Assembly: GCA_963730935.1 (NCBI GenBank)
Contig: CAVSTP010000004.1
Location: 1,408,001 to 1,472,000, forward strand
Length of the DNA stretch: 64,000 nt
Reading direction: 5' to 3'
Origin: an uncultured Nitrospiraceae bacterium
GTDB taxonomy: Bacteria > Nitrospirota > Nitrospiria > Nitrospirales > Nitrospiraceae
Program-made: the position numbers and the translations under genes
The notes under the pieces: model-generated
Seen by the model: only the letters and a program-made list of their open reading frames with translations
What the model was told of the DNA's origin: nothing
Database searches by the model: none
Shown here: one piece after another, positions 28,886 to 38,312 of the stretch
Layout: the number at the start of each line of letters is the position of its first letter
Numbering within the stretch: the stretch's first letter is position 1

Positions 28886-29274
28886 GATGTTCCCCTCCTT
28901 CTTCCACAACCTTTTGCAAAAACCAGTCGCATTGTACCTGGCTGTCTTTTGACTAAAAACTGTCAAAGTTAACAGGGCATCCTCTCGCTTGTTCGACGCC
29001 TCGGGATCATTCCTTTGTCTAGCCTGCCTTCCATAATCATCAATACCTGACACGTCTGTTATGTCTTGCTCAAACCTCGGCATGTTCCATTGTGAACCCG
29101 GGACACTCTGCTAGGGGTGCTATAGTCTCACCCCCAGAGTTTTCCCGAGTTGAGCACCATCCGTTCTCCGCCATAGTGAAATAGGAGCCGCATAGTCCTT
29201 CCCATCCCGCATCCCGCGTTATGGCACGGTCGGCACTCCTAGCCAGACAAAAGTTCCGCTGATCAAGGCACCCG

Positions 29275-30588
29275 ATGGTATGTCAGACCTTCTCATTGTT
29301 CTCACCCCAGCGAGGGAGCTCAATCCGTCAGATTTTTTGTACAGTCCTCTTCTCTAGTATTTGCGTCCTAGGCTTGACCGGCTGCGGTGGCGACAGTGGC
29401 CCGACCCCTGGCAGTTTGGCGGTCACCACCACCTCACTTCCCGAGCAGACAGTCAACCGTCCCTATTCGGCTTCAATGAGCGGCTCGGGAGGCGCGCCCC
29501 CTTACACGTGGTCCGTCTCGCCGGCACTTCCTGGCAATCTCTCGTTGGATGCGACAACCGGTGCGATCACCGGCACACCGACGGCGGCGGCAACGACGAC
29601 ACACACGTTTACGCTGCGCGACACCTCGGCCCCTTCACAAACCGTCGAACAGCCGCTCAACTTGACCATCGAGCCACCGCTCGCGATCACTACAACCTCC
29701 CTTCCGGACGCAAGTATCAGCTCGTCCTATAACGAGCCTGTCGAAACCGTTGGAGGTATCGGAGCCCTGAACTTTAGCCTTGTCCTCCCAGGCACAGGCA
29801 CTCTTCCCCAGAATCTCAGTCTGAATCCGACCACCGGCATCATCTCAGGAACACCGATTGCCCCAGCCGGCACCTTCCCGTTCACGGTCCGGGTTCAAGA
29901 CACAAGCGGGCAACAAGATACGAAAGATCTCTCGGTTCGTGTCACCCCTACCACTCCACCTCAGATCACGACCAACTCGCTACCGGATGGCAGAACCGGT
30001 CAGCTCTACAGTTCTAGAGTGCAGGCAACTGGAGGGATTGGAGCACTCGCCTGGACTGTCTCCGCCGGAGCTCTCCCACCGGGTCTGAATTTGAATCAAT
30101 CGACCGGCGTGATTTCGGGAACGCCGATTTTGCCGGTAGGCACCTCGTCGTTTACCGTCCGGGTTCAAGACGCAGCAGCGCAAAGCGCCACGAAAGCGCT
30201 GTCGATCACCATCAGCCTGTTCAATGTGCCAAATATCACGACCACCACGCTCCAGGGAGGAACAGTCGGTCAAGCCTATAACCAGACGTTACACGCGACT
30301 GGAGGCCTAGGGGCCCTCACTTGGAGTGTCACCAGTGGATCGCTCCCAGCGGGTCTCACGCTCAGTTCGGCTGGAACCATTTCGGGCACTCCAGCTACTG
30401 CAGAAAACTCGAATTTCAGCGTAACGGCCACAGACACATTCGGTCAGTCGGACACGCAGGGTCTCTCGATCGCCGTCAGCGCGGCCAATCCGGGGCCCGG
30501 CAATGAACCAAATCCGGGGCCCGGTAAGGGAAAAGATGAAGGGCCAGGTAAGGGAAAAGAAGAGGGGTCAGGTAAGGGACCAAAATGA
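29275..30588 (+). CDS. Lipoprotein with 4 putative Ig (He_PIG-like) repeats
   Basis: LTGC lipobox; ITTTSLP...GTP...FTV units; GPGKGK tail. Confidence 0.88.
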   Translation: MVCQTFSLFSPQRGSSIRQIFCTVLFSSICVLGLTGCGGDSGPTPGSLAVTTTSLPEQTVNRPYSASMSGSGGAPPYTWSVSPALPGNLSLDATTGAITGTPTAAATTTHTFTLRDTSAPSQTVEQPLNLTIEPPLAITTTSLPDASISSSYNEPVETVGGIGALNFSLVLPGTGTLPQNLSLNPTTGIISGTPIAPAGTFPFTVRVQDTSGQQDTKDLSVRVTPTTPPQITTNSLPDGRTGQLYSSRVQATGGIGALAWTVSAGALPPGLNLNQSTGVISGTPILPVGTSSFTVRVQDAAAQSATKALSITISLFNVPNITTTTLQGGTVGQAYNQTLHATGGLGALTWSVTSGSLPAGLTLSSAGTISGTPATAENSNFSVTATDTFGQSDTQGLSIAVSAANPGPGNEPNPGPGKGKDEGPGKGKEEGSGKGPK

Positions 30589-30915
30589 GGAGCCAGGCTA
30601 GACGCCGATGTTGGACTCCCAGAAAACTTGGATCGTTCATTGGTGGATGAAAGTAGTGGTAGCCAAGATGCGGAGGGCGGAGGGCATTCCTCAGGCTGAT
30701 GCCCCCTGCTCTGGTAAGCGTCAACCATCACGCTTGTGAACCGGACCCTCTGCTAGGTGCTATAGGTCTCACCCCCAGAGTTTTCCCGAGTTGAGCAGCA
30801 TCCGCTCTCCGCCATAGTGAAATAGGAGCCGCATAGTCCTCCCAATCCCGGATCCCGCGTTATGGCACGGTCGGCACTCCTAGCCAGATAAAAATTCCGC
30901 TGATCAAGGCATCCG

Positions 30916-33255
30916 ATGGTATGCCGGACCTTCTCATTGTTCCCGTCCCAGCGAGGAAGCCCAATCCCTCAGATTTTTTGGGGAGTCATCTTCTCTAGTA
31001 TTTACGTCCTAGGGTTGACTGGCTGCGGTGGCGACAGTGGCCCGACCCCTGGAGGTTTGGCGGTCATCACTACCTCACTTCCCGAGGGGCAAATTAACCA
31101 GCCCTATTCGGCTTCAGTGGGCGGTTCGGCAGGCACGCCGCCTTACTTGTGGTCGGTCACGCCGGCGCTTCCTACCGGACTTTCGTTCAACACGCAAAGC
31201 GGAGCAATCACCGGGACACCGAGCACGGTGGGAACCAGTTCGCATACATTTACCCTGGCAGATTCCTCGATCCCTCCACAAACGGTAGAACAATCTCTCA
31301 GCTTAACCATCAAACCTCCGCTCTCAATTACGACGACCTCGCTACCGGCCGGAAATATCGGCGCGGTCTATGGTCAGCCTATTCAAACCGTTGGTGGTTT
31401 CGGACCGCTGACCTTTAACATCGTCATCCCAGGTACAGGCACACTCCCACCGGGTTTCAATCTTGATACGACCACTGGCACGATTTCAGGAACGGCGACT
31501 GCAACTGGCAGCTTCCCGTTCACCGTCCGCGTTGCAGACACTAGTGGACAACAGGCCACGCAAGCTCTCTCGATTCGCATCGACCCGACCAACCCGCCAC
31601 AGATTACGACCACCTCGCTGCTAGCTGGCACGGTCAGTCAGCCCTACAGTCAGTCCTTGCAGGCAGCTGCTGGGATTGGCACACTTACTTGGAGTATCCC
31701 TGTGGGATCGCTCCCACCGGGTCTCACGATGTCCCCCTCGACTGGACCCAGTGTAATCATTTCAGGCACTCCAACCAGTCAAGGAGCCTTCAACTTCACG
31801 GTGAGGGTCACAGACACCTTGGGGCAGTTTGCCACCCGTGCTCTCTCGATTACGGTTAACTTGCCCAGCCCGCCTCGGATTACGACGACCTCGCTGCCCG
31901 CTGGAAGCATCGGCCAGACCTATAACCAACCTGTGCTAACCCAAGGAGGGACCGGACCGCTCACCTTTAGCATCGCCTCAGGCACATTCCCCCCCGGTCT
32001 CAACCTGAACGCAAGCACCGGCACAATCACTGGAGCGCCGACTGCTACCGGCAGTTTCCCGTTCACCGTTCGCGTCGCCGACACTTTCGGACAGGCGGCT
32101 ACGCAAGCGCTTTCCATTCTTGTTAATACATCCAATCCGCCACAGATTACACCCGCCTCGCTGCCAGGTGGAACAGTCGGTATGGCGTACGGTCCGACGA
32201 CGTTACACACAACCGGAGGCAATGGCACACTTACCTGGAGTATTTCTGCGGGATCGCTCCCACCGGGTCTCACGATGTCCCCCTCAACTGGATCCAGTGT
32301 AACCATTTCAGGCACTCCAACCAGTCAAGGAACCTTCAACTTCACGGTGAAGGTCACCGACTCGTTGGGTCAATCTGACACTCAGGATCTGTCGATTACC
32401 GTAAGCCCGGCACCTCCCCCCCTCTCAATTACCACAACTTCGCTCCCCGCCGGACCGATCGGTCAACCCTACAGCCAGACCTTGCAGGCGACTGGAGGGA
32501 CTGGAGCGCGGACCTGGAGCATCTCCGCAGGGACACTGCCAGCGGGCCTGAAGTTGGATGCGACGACCGGTGCGATTGCAGGAACGCCGATCCTGCCAGC
32601 AGGCACATCGTCGTTTACCGTCCGGGTGCAAGACGCAGGGGGACAATCGGACACGCAAGCGCTGTCGATCCTGATCAACGCATTCAACCCGCCGGATATC
32701 ACGACCACCACGCTTCCGGCAGGAACTGTCGGTCAGGCCTACAATCAGACGCTGCAAGCAATGGGAGGCGTAGGGACACTCGTCTGGACTCTTGCTGGTG
32801 GATCGCTCCCAGCGATGCTCTCCCTAAGCCCGGCTGGTGTGATTTCAGGCACTCCGACCACTGCAGGAATCGCGAATTTCACCGTGCGAGTCACAGACTC
32901 GTTGGGTCAAACTGACACGCAAGCGCTGTCGATCCTGATCAACCCTGCCGCGCCACCACCTAACCCGCCTCGTATCACGACGACCACGCTGCCGGATGGA
33001 ATCGTCGGTCAACCCTATAATCAGACGCTACAAGCGACGGGAGGCACCGGGGCACTCAAGTGGAGTCTCTCCGGTGGTTCGCTGCCGGCGATGCTTTCGC
33101 TGAGTCCAGCTGGTGTCATTTCAGGCACGCCGACCAATGCAGGAAACTCGAATTTCACAGTACAAGTCACAGACTCATTGAATCAGTCCGACACGCAGGC
33201 TCTCTCGATCGACGTCAGCGCGGCCAATGAGGGGCCAGGTAAGGGGAAAAAGTGA
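30916..33255 (+). CDS. Lipoprotein with 8 putative Ig (He_PIG-like) repeats
   Basis: Same signal peptide, repeat type and tail as 29275..30588. Confidence 0.88.
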   Translation: MVCRTFSLFPSQRGSPIPQIFWGVIFSSIYVLGLTGCGGDSGPTPGGLAVITTSLPEGQINQPYSASVGGSAGTPPYLWSVTPALPTGLSFNTQSGAITGTPSTVGTSSHTFTLADSSIPPQTVEQSLSLTIKPPLSITTTSLPAGNIGAVYGQPIQTVGGFGPLTFNIVIPGTGTLPPGFNLDTTTGTISGTATATGSFPFTVRVADTSGQQATQALSIRIDPTNPPQITTTSLLAGTVSQPYSQSLQAAAGIGTLTWSIPVGSLPPGLTMSPSTGPSVIISGTPTSQGAFNFTVRVTDTLGQFATRALSITVNLPSPPRITTTSLPAGSIGQTYNQPVLTQGGTGPLTFSIASGTFPPGLNLNASTGTITGAPTATGSFPFTVRVADTFGQAATQALSILVNTSNPPQITPASLPGGTVGMAYGPTTLHTTGGNGTLTWSISAGSLPPGLTMSPSTGSSVTISGTPTSQGTFNFTVKVTDSLGQSDTQDLSITVSPAPPPLSITTTSLPAGPIGQPYSQTLQATGGTGARTWSISAGTLPAGLKLDATTGAIAGTPILPAGTSSFTVRVQDAGGQSDTQALSILINAFNPPDITTTTLPAGTVGQAYNQTLQAMGGVGTLVWTLAGGSLPAMLSLSPAGVISGTPTTAGIANFTVRVTDSLGQTDTQALSILINPAAPPPNPPRITTTTLPDGIVGQPYNQTLQATGGTGALKWSLSGGSLPAMLSLSPAGVISGTPTNAGNSNFTVQVTDSLNQSDTQALSIDVSAANEGPGKGKK

Positions 33256-33589
33256 ATAGCATGGGTAGAACCTTCGACAGAAAGAACCCATTAGAGTGCA
33301 TCCTTAACAGCCGTTTGTCGCTCAATACTCCCCCTTAGGTCCCAGTTCGTGGATTAAGTCACTCTCCGTGAAAGACCCGATCCTTTGGGCCATTGTCTCG
33401 TATCCAGCCAAATCAGGATAAGTTTCAGAACATCTTGTCCCGACCAACGGACAAAGTGGGCGGAATCGCGGCCAGGTCCGGGTATTCATGATCGCATCTC
33501 CTTGATTCCTGAGAACATCTTCGTCAACCCCTTAGGCTTCAGAAACGGGCCTGACGCTTGCACTACTTCAGAAAATTGAGGAGGAACCC

Positions 33590-33790
33590 ATGTATACACA
33601 TATGCTATTGGCTATGACCGCTGTGCTGATCAGTTTGGTTTCAGGCTGTACGACGGAAAAGCACTATGACGCTCCACCGCCGACGGTCATTCACGAGGAT
33701 AATAGGTCATCTGCCCCGGATGCACGTTCGGAAGCGCGGGAGGGGGCCCGTCAGGGGGCACGCGAAGGCGCTTACGACTCAGTCAGATAG
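33590..33790 (+). CDS. Small lipoprotein
   Basis: GAGGAGG SD; LVSGC lipobox; AREG repeats. Confidence 0.7.
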   Translation: MYTHMLLAMTAVLISLVSGCTTEKHYDAPPPTVIHEDNRSSAPDARSEAREGARQGAREGAYDSVR

Positions 33791-34199
33791 AAACGACCGA
33801 GCCAAACGCGAGCTGGTTTCTGAGGCTTCATCTCCAGCCCATGATTAACTTGGTTCGGCGAAGCCGTTCTGACGGCTGGGAGCAGGTTCGTAACACAACG
33901 GTCGTGCAATGCCCACACTATACCCCAGGCATCGCACGGGGTTGTAATTGTCACCCTCTAGGGCACTCCTAGTGTCGGACAAATAAAGCCGGTAGGGGGT
34001 GCCCTCCCCCAAACTTATTTTTACCCGTGGCCAGCCGCAGTAACCCCTTATAATCCCCGCGGGTATGATGCCCCGGGCCCGGTCCACCCGGAACTGGTCA
34101 CATTCGCAAGATCGTCGAGCAGTGCCTTGAACCGTCCGATGGCATTCGGCAGAAAGGCGTCAAGCTGATTCGCATGCTTGCGGGACCCGTTGAGCCTCT

Positions 34200-34277
34200 G
34201 CTTGCGTCACCGCATCGTGCTTCGTCGCTGACTTCGGTTTGCTGGGTGCTTTTCCTTGCGTGGACGGCGGCGATCAT
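34200..34277 (-). pseudogene. N-terminal stub of a serine recombinase
   Basis: MIAAVHARKSTQQTEVSDEAR matches the AxIYARxST catalytic-Ser motif; similarity is then lost. Confidence 0.65.
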
Positions 34278-34302
34278 CAGGCGGACCCCTTCCCTCAGCG
34301 TG

Positions 34303-34800
34303 CTAGTTGACGGTAAGAAAATCACTGGCAAATTGTTTTATTAGGGGCTCAACCACCTCGGTAACTCGATCTGTTATTTGCTGACCGATCATTGCAACCT
34401 GTACTCTGTTCCATGTACGCGCGGACATTTTTTGCTCCGGTCTGTTCAGCAATGACACTGCCTGGTGGAGTTCAACTTCTATGGCTAAACAATAGGTTTC
34501 CGCACTGCTGTGCTTGAGGGGGTTCACCTTCACGTAAAGAAAGGGTGCGGAGGGGGTCTGGAGTCGTTCTGATGCACTGAGAATCCTTACCCCGTTAGAC
34601 TGAAGAACCTGTTCGACGCTTGTGCGAATCGCATCCCGTGAAAAGCCAGCAGCTTCTTCCTCTGACAAAAATGTCTCTACGATAACCTCTACCCCAGGGA
34701 GCCTGCGTAGTGATTCACGGTCCTCAACCCGCCCTGCTCGCGCGGCGCTGGTGTCGAGGTGACTCAGAACCATCAAAGCCAAAATCAGGACATATCGCAT
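34303..34800 (-). CDS. Exported hypothetical protein (paralog of 62575..63084)
   Basis: Signal peptide; ESLRRLPGVEVIVE vs ETLRGLPGVRLIVE. Confidence 0.75.
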   Translation of the reverse strand: MRYVLILALMVLSHLDTSAARAGRVEDRESLRRLPGVEVIVETFLSEEEAAGFSRDAIRTSVEQVLQSNGVRILSASERLQTPSAPFLYVKVNPLKHSSAETYCLAIEVELHQAVSLLNRPEQKMSARTWNRVQVAMIGQQITDRVTEVVEPLIKQFASDFLTVN

Positions 34801-34815
34801 GACATTTCCTTTGCG

Positions 34816-34854
34816 CTGCTCGGTGGAGGTTCTGGCGTAAATGGCGGCGGGCAT
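34816..34854 (-). pseudogene. N-terminal stub of a serine recombinase, in frame with the downstream gene
   Basis: GAGGAGG SD then MPAAIYARTSTEQ. Confidence 0.6.
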
Positions 34855-35051
34855 CGCAATTGATCCTCCTCATGGGTGACATCCAGGAACATGCACTGCG
34901 TCTCATCGCCACTTTTCAACATCGAGAATCGGGCCTTTCCATTGGCCAACTAAGCTCCGTAGGCCCCTCTGCTCGGGACTGTCTATAGCCACTACGGCCA
35001 GTTCGCGTCTGGATAGTTGCTCCCGGCTCGGTGGGGGTATTCTATAGGTTA

Positions 35052-36701
35052 TTAGAAAGTAAACGGCAACGCCTGCAGCCGCTTGGTCAGTCGCAGATTT
35101 TCGCCATCATCAACAGGACAATCGATCACAGCCGGCACGTCGCGCTGCAAGGCATCCTCGAGGATTGGACGGAGTTCCGCAGCCTCCGTTACGCGATAGC
35201 CGGCGGCCCCAAAACTCTCCGCATAGCGCACGAAATCCGGATTGCCGAAATCCACCGACGAGGTTCGGCCGAAACGAATTTGCTGCTTCCAGCGAATGAC
35301 GCCGTATCCATTGTCCCGCCAGATCAGGATGACCAGCGGGAGCTTCAGCCGGACCGCCGTCTCCAGCTCCTGGGAATTCATCATGAATCCTCCGTCTCCT
35401 GTCACCGCAACCACTCGGCGCTGCGGATACAAGAGCTTCGCTGCAATCGCGCCCGGCACGGCAATCCCCATGGCGGCGAATCCGTTGGAAATGATGCAGG
35501 AGTTGGGCGTCTCGCAGGGAAACATTCTGGCCATCCAAAGCTTATGGGCACCCACGTCGCACACCACCACATCATCGTCCCTGAGAGCAGCACGCAGATC
35601 GCGCATGATGTGCTGCGGGCGCATCGGCCAAGACGGAGGACCAGCGAGCTCAGTCTCGAACCCATCGGTGACCGTCTTCCTGGCCTGCCGGGCCCATGAC
35701 GAGTCGAAGGACGAGGAAGAGAGGTGCTCCTGGATCAGCGGCAGCGACAAGCGCAGATCGCCCAGCTCTCCCACATCGACGATGTAATGCTCGTCCACCT
35801 CGGCCGGCAAGCCGTCCACGTGGACAATATGTTTGTCCCTGCGTGGATTCCAGAAGCAGGGCGCGTACTCCACAAAGTCATAGCCGATGGCCAGGACCGC
35901 ATCGGCCTGCTCCATTACCACCGCGGCATAGTCCCGCGCGGTAAGCCCCAGCGTATGGAGCGATAGAGGATCGCTGTCGGGCATCACGCCCTTGGCCATG
36001 AAGGTCTGCAGCACGGGAATCTGGAAGGCCCGGGCAAAGCTTCTCACCACTTCGGAGGCGTCCCTACGGATCACGCCATTTCCAGCAAGAATGACCGGAC
36101 GCTTCGCGCCTGAAATGGCACGCACGGCGCGCTGCACTTGGGAGGGCGACGGCTCCGGCATGACCGGCGCTTGCACGGCAAGCGGTCTCAGTGCGGCCTC
36201 ATCGAAGATCGAGTCGGCCACATCTTCGGGCAATTCCAGATGCGTCGCACCCGGCTTTTCTGTTTGGGCGATTTTAAAGGCCTTGCGCACGGCCTCAGGA
36301 ATGACGTCGGCACTCGGGATCGAGGCATTCCACTTGGTGACCGGCTTGAACATCGCCATCACATCAATGTACTGGTGGGACTCTTTATGGCGGCGGTTCA
36401 GAGAGGCTTGTCCCGTGATAGTCACCAGCGGAGCGTGATCGAGGTAGGCGTCGGCAACGCCCGTCAACAGATTGGTCGCGCCCGGCCCCAACGTCGAAAA
36501 GCACACGCCCGCCTGTCCGCTGAGCCGGCCGTACACATCCGCCATGAACGCTGCGGCTTGTTCATGCCGCGTGGCGACGACCTGGATCCGCGCATCCACC
36601 AAGGCATCGGTGAGTGCCAGCGTTTCCTCTCCGGGCACGCCAAAGATGAAACGCACGCCCTCGTGTTCCAGACACCGCACCAGCAACGTCGCCGCATTCA
36701 T
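35052..36701 (-). CDS. Acetolactate synthase large-subunit-like TPP enzyme
   Basis: FGVPGEE, RHEQAAAFMA, TLGPGATN, GDGGFMMN...DNGYG; no small subunit adjacent. Confidence 0.9.
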   Translation of the reverse strand: MNAATLLVRCLEHEGVRFIFGVPGEETLALTDALVDARIQVVATRHEQAAAFMADVYGRLSGQAGVCFSTLGPGATNLLTGVADAYLDHAPLVTITGQASLNRRHKESHQYIDVMAMFKPVTKWNASIPSADVIPEAVRKAFKIAQTEKPGATHLELPEDVADSIFDEAALRPLAVQAPVMPEPSPSQVQRAVRAISGAKRPVILAGNGVIRRDASEVVRSFARAFQIPVLQTFMAKGVMPDSDPLSLHTLGLTARDYAAVVMEQADAVLAIGYDFVEYAPCFWNPRRDKHIVHVDGLPAEVDEHYIVDVGELGDLRLSLPLIQEHLSSSSFDSSWARQARKTVTDGFETELAGPPSWPMRPQHIMRDLRAALRDDDVVVCDVGAHKLWMARMFPCETPNSCIISNGFAAMGIAVPGAIAAKLLYPQRRVVAVTGDGGFMMNSQELETAVRLKLPLVILIWRDNGYGVIRWKQQIRFGRTSSVDFGNPDFVRYAESFGAAGYRVTEAAELRPILEDALQRDVPAVIDCPVDDGENLRLTKRLQALPFTF

Positions 36702-36724
36702 CAGACCGCTGCTCCTTTATTGGG

Positions 36725-37100
36725 CCACCAAGCTTGCTCGTTCTTTCTACGAGGCAGGGCTGATTGGTCTCTCACTGCGCAAACCTTCTCACCCGCCCAG
36801 ACCCCGCACAATCCTTTTCACCCACCGATCACCGATTGCTTTGCAATCGTTTACCCGGGACGTACGCTTTGCCCATGCGAGCACCGCCTATCAATGATCC
36901 CTCCAAGCTTGCTTGTTCATTCCCTCAAGAAGCAGCCTGGATCAGTCCAAACGTGCGCGCGTCTTCTCCTCAAGGGATGGAGGCTGATTCGTCTCCAACT
37001 GCGCGCTTCGACGAGCACCGCCTGTCTAAAAATACGATGGGTCTCGTGTGCGCGTTCGGCGAGCAAGAGAGACCAACGGTCCTCGTCGCCCTGCGCTTGG
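36725..37100 (+). repeat. Composite copy of the modular intergenic repeat
   Basis: Modules shared with 2220-2300, 40730-40797 and 60805-60890; TGATCCCTCCAAGCTTGCTTG head at 36895. Confidence 0.85.
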
Positions 37101-37188
37101 TGTGGTCGAGCCGAAGCTTGGAGCGCAAGACGCCGTCTTCGCTACCCAGGCTCCACCCATCGACGGAGCGGAGGCAACCATCCACCTC

Positions 37189-37491
37189 TCACAGAATGAC
37201 CTCGCAGGGCTGCAGAAAGACTTTGAGCGGGACCTCTTCGCCATGGTTGGCGTCAATCAACTTCACATAGAGCTGCTTCACCGCATCGGCCAGCGCCGGT
37301 ACCTCCTGATCCTCGACGGCGAGCATGAACGAGACGTTCCGATCCGTCCAGGCATGCTCCGAGACGGACCCCGTCTGTCCCTTCCCGCCCAGCCCGGAGG
37401 CCACGGTGTAGCCTTTGACGTTGAGCTCGGCCAACAGGCGGCGTACGTTGGCCTCCAACGCATCGCGGCAGATAATGGTCAGCATCTTCAT
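37189..37491 (-). CDS. PII-like (GlnB-fold) small protein
   Basis: MKMLTII...GYTV..G.GG.G.TG; paralog of 53259..53564. Confidence 0.8.
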   Translation of the reverse strand: MKMLTIICRDALEANVRRLLAELNVKGYTVASGLGGKGQTGSVSEHAWTDRNVSFMLAVEDQEVPALADAVKQLYVKLIDANHGEEVPLKVFLQPCEVIL

Positions 37492-37559
37492 GGCTTCGAC
37501 TTCTCCTCGTACAAACTGTGAGACACGCACAACGATCGGTACCCGTTGGATGACCGTAT

Positions 37560-38111
37560 TTATCCTGATGCCGAGAGGCCTGCTTTCTCAACATCCACTG
37601 ACCCCATGAACGCCTCAAAGTGCGACTGCAACCCATAGGCGCCGTACAAGACTTCGAGATCTTTCATCACGCGTCCCACCGAGGCGACGAGTTGCGCTTC
37701 TTCTCGTTTCACCTGGAACCGCAGTCGAGAAACTTCAATGGCACGGCGTACGGCGAACAATAACGTGCTTTCCTCGAGGGGTTTCACCAACACGTCATAG
37801 GCACCCGCGTCCATCGCCTGCCGAAAGAGGTCTTCCTGATGTTTTTCGACCAGAAGCAGCACCGGGCATTCGGGATGAATTTTTTGTACAGCCCGGACAA
37901 AGCCGATGCCTTCGAGGCGGGGCTGGTGTGCGTCACACAGAATGGCCGAATAGTCCATCGACCTGATCCGCTCCAAAGACGTCAGGACGGTGTCGGCCGT
38001 GTCGATGTGCGCCTGTGGAAGCTTGAGACGCAAGGTCGAAGACAGGGTATTGAGGAGATGAGGATCGTCTTCAATGATAAGGACACGAGAGGGTTGCATG
38101 GTCGTTCCCAT
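37560..38111 (-). CDS. Response regulator receiver protein with a helical C-terminal extension
   Basis: VLIIEDD, ILCD, GAYDVLVKP. Confidence 0.85.
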   Translation of the reverse strand: MGTTMQPSRVLIIEDDPHLLNTLSSTLRLKLPQAHIDTADTVLTSLERIRSMDYSAILCDAHQPRLEGIGFVRAVQKIHPECPVLLLVEKHQEDLFRQAMDAGAYDVLVKPLEESTLLFAVRRAIEVSRLRFQVKREEAQLVASVGRVMKDLEVLYGAYGLQSHFEAFMGSVDVEKAGLSASG

Positions 38112-38312
38112 AAGAAAGATGTGTATGATTCAACGTCCCGCTCTCGAGGCAGGTATGCCGTGGCACACGCGCGTCCGAGTTTGCGGCTGAGTCGAAGGCA
38201 AGGCGATGACTATTGCACCCGCCAACTTGTGTGTCATTATATGATAGTTTGTGCTGAGAGTGTCCGAGACAATTTTAAGGAACCTCACGGGAGGTAAAGA
38301 GAGCGCAGCCCT

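Larger units (their letters stand above)
21976..34011. mobile_element. tRNA-Ala-integrated islet 2 (no integrase)
   Basis: Left arm 21989-22102 is homologous to 18742-18854; right end AAATAAAGCCGGTAGGGGGTGC (33981-34002) is identical to 21958-21979 and ends in core GTGCCCTCCCCCA (33999-34011). Confidence 0.78.

Noticed and set aside
29222..29240. TGGCACG in the duplicated Ig-gene leader as a sigma54 promoter
   Set aside because: The -12 TTGC element is missing at the required spacing.
34200..34854. Serine-recombinase stubs as the integrase of the tRNA-Ala islets
   Set aside because: They lie outside the last att core and are only 13-25 codons long; no link can be shown from the sequence.
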